Shown piece by piece: positions 16,109 through 21,718 of a stretch of DNA of 34,105 nucleotides. The stretch comes from Nanobdellota archaeon. Lineage in GTDB: Archaea > Nanobdellota > Nanobdellia > Pacearchaeales > GW2011-AR1. The notes under the pieces were generated by a model. The model did not search any database, was not told where the DNA came from, and was given only the letters and a program-made list of their open reading frames with translations. The stretch spans positions 1 to 34,105 of the forward strand of contig JAKLIN010000002.1 in NCBI GenBank assembly GCA_022709585.1, in the 5' to 3' direction. The position numbers and the translations under genes are program-made. Each line of letters starts with the position of its first letter. Position 1 is the stretch's first letter.

Positions 16109-16984
16109 TTAACCTTCAGAATATTTCTCTTCGGAATTCAGATTAAGCCCCTCAATTGGGCTTTTTACTTTTTTGAGCTCTTCTGAAGAAACATGCGCAT
16201 AAAGTTGAGTTGTGCTAAGATTGCTATGCCCTAACAGCTCTTGAATTATTCTTATATCTACTTTATTTTCTAAAAGATGCGTTGCAAAGCTGTGCCTTAA
16301 TGTATGGGGATGAACATCTTTGTTGATTTTTGCTACACGCGTTGCTCTTTTGATTATCTTCTGAATATTTCTATCTGTTAGTTTTCCATCTCTCCCGCTG
16401 AAAAGGTATTCTTGTTTGTTTTGTTTTTGCTTTTCCACTTGCTGCTTTAATTCTTCAATTAAAAAATCAGGTATGTTAAACAGCCGGTCCTTTCTTCCTT
16501 TTGCTTGCCTAGCATATCCAATTTTCTCTGAAAAAGATAAATCCGTTATCTTTAAACTCGTTAACTCTGAAACACGAAAACCGCAAGCATAAAGCATGCT
16601 TACAATCAGTTTACTTTTTTTATTGGTTATTGAATCTATAAGCCTTGTTACTTCTTGTTTAGTCAAAACCGGAGGAATTTTTCTTTCTTTTCTTGGACGT
16701 TTTATTCCTTCAGTTATATCTTCTTTCAAGAGATTAGAATAAGCGTATTTAACTGCAGAAAGAAAAACGATGATTGAGGGTGAGGACATCTCAGAAATCT
16801 TAGAAGCCATGAAGTTTTTTACATCCTGATTCTTAATTTGTTCTGGATTCTTCTTACAAAAATTGATTAACTCGTTGTTTGCTCTAAGATAATTGCGAAT
16901 CGTATGCTCTGAATTTTTTGAAATTTTCAATTCTACTTTTAATTTATCTAAGAATTCTTGTTTGTCCATTAAGGTTATATCCAT
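16109..16984 (-). CDS. tyrosine site-specific recombinase (XerA/XerC/XerD-like)
   Basis: 291 aa. N-terminal SAM-like core-binding domain (TIRNYLRANNELINFC). Catalytic ACGFRVSEL (R), HTLRHSFATHLL (H-x-x-R), LGHSNLSTTQLYAHV (H ... Y). Confidence 0.9.
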   Translation of the reverse strand: MDITLMDKQEFLDKLKVELKISKNSEHTIRNYLRANNELINFCKKNPEQIKNQDVKNFMASKISEMSSPSIIVFLSAVKYAYSNLLKEDITEGIKRPRKERKIPPVLTKQEVTRLIDSITNKKSKLIVSMLYACGFRVSELTSLKITDLSFSEKIGYARQAKGRKDRLFNIPDFLIEELKQQVEKQKQNKQEYLFSGRDGKLTDRNIQKIIKRATRVAKINKDVHPHTLRHSFATHLLENKVDIRIIQELLGHSNLSTTQLYAHVSSEELKKVKSPIEGLNLNSEEKYSEG

Positions 16985-17184
16985 AAAAATCCTCTTTTCT
17001 ATGCTTTGAATTGTACGAACTTTTTATATGTTATGAAATCTCACTCTTTTATGATCTTTTTGTTGTTTTTTTGAAAATTTCAAAAGGCATAACCTTAAAA
17101 ATCGTGGTTTATTGAAAAAGGTAGAATAAGTTAATCTTGTTCTGTAATTAAATAAAACGTAGATTAATCTACAAGGATCGCGAA

Positions 17185-17538
17185 ATGAGTAAGAAACTTT
17201 ATGTAGGAAACTTGAACTTTAGTGTTGATCATCAAAAGCTCAAAGACGCTTTCTCTGAATTCGGGGAAATCGAAGAAGCTGTGATTATTCAAGACAAGTT
17301 CTCTGGAAGATCCAAAGGATTCGGTTTCGTAACCTTCAAAGAAGATGCAAACGCTGACAAAGCAATTGCTGCAATGAATGAAAAAGAATTTGAAGGAAGA
17401 AAGATGACAGTAAACGAAGCTAGACCAATGGAAGATAGACCATCTAGACCCCCAAGAAGAGACTTTGGCGGAAGAGGTGGAAGAGACGGTGGAAGACCAG
17501 GTTTTAACAGAGATAGACCTCCAAGAAGATTTAATTAA
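17185..17538 (+). CDS. RRM-domain RNA-binding protein with RGG/PRR-rich C-terminal tail
   Basis: RNP-2 LYVGNL, RNP-1 KGFGFVTF, then DRPSRPPRRDFGGRGGRDGGRPGFNRDRPPRRFN. Confidence 0.9.
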   Translation: MSKKLYVGNLNFSVDHQKLKDAFSEFGEIEEAVIIQDKFSGRSKGFGFVTFKEDANADKAIAAMNEKEFEGRKMTVNEARPMEDRPSRPPRRDFGGRGGRDGGRPGFNRDRPPRRFN

Positions 17539-17611
17539 ATCTATTAGGAATATCTTTAGCTAAACGCTAAATTTTTTGATTTTTATTTTATATTTTATTT
17601 TGAAAAAAGAA

Positions 17612-17637
17612 GTGTGCACTTAGATAGGCTTAGTGAA
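17612..17637 (+). repeat. solitary GTGCACTTAG-box copy (GTGTGCACTTAGATAGGCTTAGTGAA)
   Basis: Shares GT-TGCACTTAG-N-T-N-RRCTTART with the 3' ends of the two long repeats at 17891-17916 and 19146-19171. Confidence 0.6.
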
Positions 17638-17824
17638 CAGAATTATTCTAGATGAAAATTTTCACAATTTTTGCCTAAATTTTACCTTAAAGAGGTGAGT
17701 TCGCATAATGTACGTTGTACGTACTTTTTTAGTGTTTTTTTCGCTTTTTTAAGGCTTTTTCAGAGATTTTTGTGATTTTTTGATGTTTTTAGTGTATTAT
17801 AGCTCAAAAACAGCAATAATTTTG

Positions 17825-17913
17825 AAAAAGAGAGCAAATCGGGGTTTCTGCCTGCAAATTTTTTTATCAATTCTCTCGTGCTTCCGGCGGGTTGTGCACT
17901 TAGGTTAACTTAG
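17825..17913 (+). repeat. long direct repeat, copy 1 (upstream of the M16 peptidase gene)
   Basis: 17842-17887 is identical over 46 nt to 19097-19142, and 17891-17907 is identical to 19146-19162. About 68/72 matches across 17842-17913 versus 19097-19168. Confidence 0.9.
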
Positions 17914-17970
17914 TTATTAGAACATTTTTTCATCTATATCTTTTTAAATTAATTTTCTTTTTTTATTATA

Positions 17971-19068
17971 ATGATTGTTAATCTTAAGAGTCAAACAGAT
18001 CTTTCTGGATTCTATGTTGTTTACGAGGGAGCTGCAAATCTTGAGGAAAAAGGGCAATATGGGATTTCTCATTTAATTGAACATTTAATGACGACAGATT
18101 TGCTCTCAAAAGGTGAGAAATTAGTCAAATCAGGGGTTGAATTCAATGCAGAAACTTCTCAGAATGAAGTGACTTTTTATTTAACTGGATTGGAAAAAAA
18201 TCTCGCTAGATGGAGAGAACCTCTTTTAAGGTCGTTAAGCAAATTAAATTATTCTGAAGATACATTTCAAACACAAAAAAGTGTTGTTTTAACAGAGTAT
18301 TCTCAAGATTTTTCAGGTTTAGAAACTACTCATTTTTGGAATGTCTCTAGGGATATATTTGATGTATATGGACCCTTGGGATTAAAAAAAGATTTAGAAA
18401 GCCTAACATTAAAACAATGCTTAGATTGCTACTCTTCTCGATTCGCTAAGCCTTCAAAAATAATTAATATTTCAAAAAATTTCGAATATAAAGATAATTC
18501 GATTCAATTTGACACACAAAAAGCTAAGAAAAAGATCGAAAGGGGAGATTATGATGCGCCTTTAGAGATGGCAGATTTCTCTGATGAAATGACTTCGATC
18601 ATCTGCTTTTCGCCGATTATTGAAGAAGATTTTGCGTATGTAGATTTTATTAATAGTTTACTTTCAGATAGTTTAAGTTTTCCTCTTTTTCGAGAGATTA
18701 GAAATAAAGGACTTGCTTACGAGCTCTCTTTGAACCAAAGAAGAATCAACAATCAAGGAATTTCTGATTTAACCGTACCTGTTTCAAAAGAAAATGTATG
18801 GAAAACGATTGGAACGATTCGAAAAGTTCTGAACAATCCAAAAAGGCTCTTTACGGAAAGACGAATAGATGCCGTTAAGTCCTCTTTAAAAGCTCAACAA
18901 GAAAAAGAAGAAATTTTAAGATTTATGTGTGTTGAGGAGTATATTGATCCTCCAGAATGGAATGTTTATTCGATACTTCCAGAAGTTAATTTAGATAGAA
19001 TAAAAGAAGTTTATGATAAATATTTTGATTTTGACGCTTGGCATACTTCTTATTGCCCTTCTGATTAG
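17971..19068 (+). CDS. M16 (pitrilysin/insulinase)-family zinc peptidase, compact form
   Basis: 365 aa. Inverted zinc motif HxxEH in GISHLIEHLM, with the downstream NAETSQNEVTFY segment typical of M16. Confidence 0.75.
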   Translation: MIVNLKSQTDLSGFYVVYEGAANLEEKGQYGISHLIEHLMTTDLLSKGEKLVKSGVEFNAETSQNEVTFYLTGLEKNLARWREPLLRSLSKLNYSEDTFQTQKSVVLTEYSQDFSGLETTHFWNVSRDIFDVYGPLGLKKDLESLTLKQCLDCYSSRFAKPSKIINISKNFEYKDNSIQFDTQKAKKKIERGDYDAPLEMADFSDEMTSIICFSPIIEEDFAYVDFINSLLSDSLSFPLFREIRNKGLAYELSLNQRRINNQGISDLTVPVSKENVWKTIGTIRKVLNNPKRLFTERRIDAVKSSLKAQQEKEEILRFMCVEEYIDPPEWNVYSILPEVNLDRIKEVYDKYFDFDAWHTSYCPSD

Positions 19069-19081
19069 CCACTACTAAAAC

Positions 19082-19170
19082 AAAAAGAGAAAAAGCGGGT
19101 TTCTGCCTGCAAATTTTTTTATCAATTCTCTCGTGCTTCCGGATGGTTGTGCACTTAGGTTAGCTTAATG
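19082..19170 (+). repeat. long direct repeat, copy 2 (downstream of the M16 peptidase gene)
   Basis: See copy 1. Same orientation, 1255 bp from copy 1. Confidence 0.9.
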
Positions 19171-19274
19171 CAAAGCAAAAAAGGTGTGAAAAAGGCATTT
19201 TTAATGTTATTTTTACTAATCATTTTCTTGAAAAATTAAACAAAAGTGTATTCTTATTTTATCGACGGAAAACT

Positions 19275-19403
19275 GGCTGTTTAAAGGGTGTTTAAACAGG
19301 TGTTTATTTTTGCTTTTGGGTGTTTGTGGGTGTTTGCCGCTGTTTAAACAGGCTGTTTGCCCTACTTTTTTGATGTTTTGGCTGTTTAAACAGGTGTTTA
19401 ATA
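19275..19403. repeat. iteron-like array of about 10 G(G/C)TGTTT(A/G) units, including the palindrome CTGTTTAAACAG
   Basis: TGTTT cores at 19278, 19289, 19301, 19321, 19331, 19341, 19354, (19374), 19383 and 19395, mostly 10-13 bp apart. Perfect CTGTTTAAACAG at 19340-19351 and 19382-19393. The 18-mer TGTTTAAACAGGTGTTTA occurs at 19289-19306 and 19383-19400. Confidence 0.85.
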
Positions 19404-19484
19404 ATTTATTTAATGATTTCTACAAGGATTTTTTACAATTTTATTGAAAAATAAAAGCATGCTTACGACGATAATTGCCGACGA

Positions 19485-20141
19485 GTGCAAAACATTTTTA
19501 AACTGTTTATTATAATAACTATTATGTTTTGGTTTTTTAATAGAAAAAAAGAGGCAGAAGACATAAAAAAAGATGTTAAATCTGGTTTTGAATCTGTAAA
19601 AAAAGATATAACTTCTATTAGTGGATGGATAAATTATTTAGATTCTGAGAAAAATATTACAAAAAAAGACATTTTGGATATGAAAGAGGATTTGTCTTCG
19701 ATAAAAAAAGAAATTGAAGGATTAAAAAACGTTGTTTCTTTTATGGGCCAAACCCAAACAAACAGGGTGTTTAAAACACCCGCTCGGGTGTTTGACAAAC
19801 AAACAGTTGTTTTGCCTGTTCAAACAGCTGTTCAAACAGCTGTTCAAACACCTAATTTAGATAGATTTTCAACAACTGAAAGAGCAATCTTGTGGGTATT
19901 GCTAAATTCAGAATTAAAGTTAAGTTATGATGATCTCTCTGCAGTATTGGGGAAAGAGAGATCTACGATTCGGGGCCAGATTAACTCAATTAAACAAAAA
20001 GGAGAGATAATTCAAGAAGTTGTTGAGGAAAATGGCAAAAAGAGAGTGTTTATACCTGAAGAAATCAAGGAAAAACTACTCAAAAAGGCAAAAGTGAGAG
20101 TTAGCGGAACTAAAAAAGCTAAGAAAAATGAAAAAAGCTAA
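19485..20141 (+). CDS. membrane-anchored coiled-coil / Q,T,V-repeat linker / winged-helix DNA-binding protein (paralog 1)
   Basis: N-terminal hydrophobic helix (FKLFIIITIMFWFF), heptad-like KKDVKSGFESVKKDI...LSSIKKEIEGLKNVV, linker QTQTNRVFKTPARVFDKQTVVLPVQTAVQTAVQT, and C-terminal wHTH (TERAILWVLLN..LSYDDLSAVLGKERSTIRGQINSIKQKGEI). The track start is GTG; an ATG at 19524 is an alternative. Confidence 0.7.
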   Translation: MQNIFKLFIIITIMFWFFNRKKEAEDIKKDVKSGFESVKKDITSISGWINYLDSEKNITKKDILDMKEDLSSIKKEIEGLKNVVSFMGQTQTNRVFKTPARVFDKQTVVLPVQTAVQTAVQTPNLDRFSTTERAILWVLLNSELKLSYDDLSAVLGKERSTIRGQINSIKQKGEIIQEVVEENGKKRVFIPEEIKEKLLKKAKVRVSGTKKAKKNEKS

Positions 20142-20527
20142 GAAAAATGAAACCTTAAAAAAGAAAAAGTGAGGGGTAAAGGATCAAAATTCAAAAAGCA
20201 GTAAAAATGAGAGTAACGATTCGTGAGAAAATGCAAAAATACATGAAAAAAATGAGTGTTTTGTAGTGGTTAAAAAGCATCAGAGATTCACGAAGAATTG
20301 CGAGAAAGAAAGAGAAAAAGGCATAGAAATAGTTCATCGGTTAACCGATTAGATTATTTGGAAGAATGAAATTTAATAGTTTATCGACGGAAATATTTTT
20401 AAAAAAAGTTAAGTAATTTTTGAAAAATGAGAGGAATTGATGCCCTTTTGGAAAAAATAAAAGTCATAAATGAATTTTTATGGCTCAAGAAAAATTAAAA
20501 GAGCGACGTGGAATAATTTAACTGAAA

Positions 20528-21274
20528 TTATAGATCTCTAAGTTGAATAATCGCATCTAAAGACGCAACTTTTTTAAGATTCTGGGAAACAGAGAGTTTG
20601 ATCTGTTTATTATTTATTTTTTCTTTTTGAATTGGAACTCCTTTCTTGATTAATTTTCCGACGTAGTCTCTTACCGAACTCTCGCTGAGACCTAATCTTT
20701 GAGAAAGTGTCTTGTAATCCGAGAATCCTTGCTCTTCGTCATATTGATAAATTGCGGAAAACACCAAAAATTCTTGCTCTGTAAGCTCCTTGAATTTAAG
20801 TCTAATTTCTTTTTTTATACTATCCAGAGAGCTAAGAATTTCCAAAGCTTTATCCATGTGAGTTAAAGAGTTAGATTCTGATCCTAAATGCTTCCAAGAG
20901 CCTTCAATTTGGCTGTTTTGTGTCTGTTGGTTTGTCTGTTGGTTTGTCTGTCTGTCTGTTGGAACCCCTCCATTTCCAGTGGAGAAGCTCATATTTTGAG
21001 CTTTAGAAGGCTTAAAGGGGTAATTATCTGTTGGATTATGTGTTGGAACTGTTGGAACTTCTTGCCTGTCTGTTGGCTTTAAATAGGCGTCTGTTGGACT
21101 CATTTGAAGCTCTTCAACAAGCTTAGAATCATTTAAGGCTGAAGGGGTTTCTTGCTTTTTCGAAACTAAAAGGGACTTTAATTCATTTAATTCTAGTTTT
21201 ATCCAATCAAGTTCTTCCTTAAGAGAAATCATATCCTGTTTAACCCTGTCAAATGCCTCTTTGATTGGTTCCAT
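20528..21274 (-). CDS. coiled-coil / P,T,Q-repeat linker / winged-helix DNA-binding protein (paralog 2)
   Basis: N-terminus EAFDRVKQDMISLKEELDWIKLELNELKSLL, linker with PTD(R/A/N) and QTNQQTNQQTQN repeats, and C-terminal wHTH (TEQEFLVFSAIYQ..FSDYKTLSQRLGLSESSVRDYVGKLIKKGV). Aligns by eye with the C-terminus of paralog 1. Confidence 0.7.
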   Translation of the reverse strand: MEPIKEAFDRVKQDMISLKEELDWIKLELNELKSLLVSKKQETPSALNDSKLVEELQMSPTDAYLKPTDRQEVPTVPTHNPTDNYPFKPSKAQNMSFSTGNGGVPTDRQTNQQTNQQTQNSQIEGSWKHLGSESNSLTHMDKALEILSSLDSIKKEIRLKFKELTEQEFLVFSAIYQYDEEQGFSDYKTLSQRLGLSESSVRDYVGKLIKKGVPIQKEKINNKQIKLSVSQNLKKVASLDAIIQLRDL

Positions 21275-21360
21275 TTAATTGTTTAAAGCAAGGAGTATAA
21301 AAAGATTGATGTTATTCATCAAGCAGGTTAAAAGATAAAGCTTTCTTGCTATCCTTCACT

Positions 21361-21633
21361 TTACTTGCCTTGAATCTTTTTGTATGCTTCATACGATTTA
21401 TTGGACAGTTTCCACCTAGCCCTTTTTTTGTAAGTTGTTCCTTGAGGATTCTTCTTTATTTGGTCAACTAACCCTTTTTTACTTAAATCTAATAAAAGCT
21501 TTTTGACAAATTCTTCATCTCTTGCAATTTCTTTAGAAATTTGAGAAATAAATAAAGAACGAGGGCTGTTCTCAAAAAGGAGAGAAAGTATTTGCTCGGA
21601 AATTTTATTCTTCTTTTCTTGAGAAATTCGCAT
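21361..21633 (-). CDS. small winged-helix transcriptional regulator
   Basis: 90 aa. ILSLLFENSPRSLFISQISKEIARDEEFVKKLLLDLSKKGLV ... wing (YKKRARWKLS). Same strand as paralog 2 and upstream of it. Confidence 0.6.
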   Translation of the reverse strand: MRISQEKKNKISEQILSLLFENSPRSLFISQISKEIARDEEFVKKLLLDLSKKGLVDQIKKNPQGTTYKKRARWKLSNKSYEAYKKIQGK

Positions 21634-21718
21634 GAAGGATTAATACCGAATAACTTTTTAAAGATATGCCAAAGAAGAAACTCATTTAAAGCCGATTTAA
21701 CTCGACTTTTTCATTGAA

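Noticed and set aside
17709-17730. GTACGTTGTACGTAC followed by TTTTTT: a possible hairpin terminator closing a ~115-nt small RNA that would start at the 17612 GTGCACTTAG box.
   Set aside because: The stem is only 5 bp, and the sequence is equally well described as a tandem TGTACGT duplication. Archaeal termination needs only the T-run, so there is no independent support for a discrete sRNA.
19275-19403. Possible CRISPR array.
   Set aside because: The units are only about 10-12 bp, contiguous or overlapping with no unique spacers, and no cas genes are in the window.
16109-20141. Integron-like reading: a tyrosine recombinase divergent from an array of unrelated single genes (RRM, M16 peptidase, wHTH), each followed by a related repeat.
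   Set aside because: The repeats show no attC-type imperfect inverted-repeat structure (no R''/L''-L'/R' pairing). The candidate core sites (GTTAACT, GTTAGCT) do not fit GTTRRRY. The recombinase looks like an ordinary Xer-type enzyme by eye. Kept only as a remote possibility, testable with IntegronFinder or attC covariance models.
19257-20393. 14-nt exact repeat TTTATCGACGGAAA at 19258-19271 and 20380-20393, bracketing paralog 1.
   Set aside because: A rough estimate for an AT-rich 34-kb window suggests many exact 14-mers recur by chance. The CGACGG core makes it somewhat less likely, but there is no extended similarity on either side, so it is not claimed as a feature.
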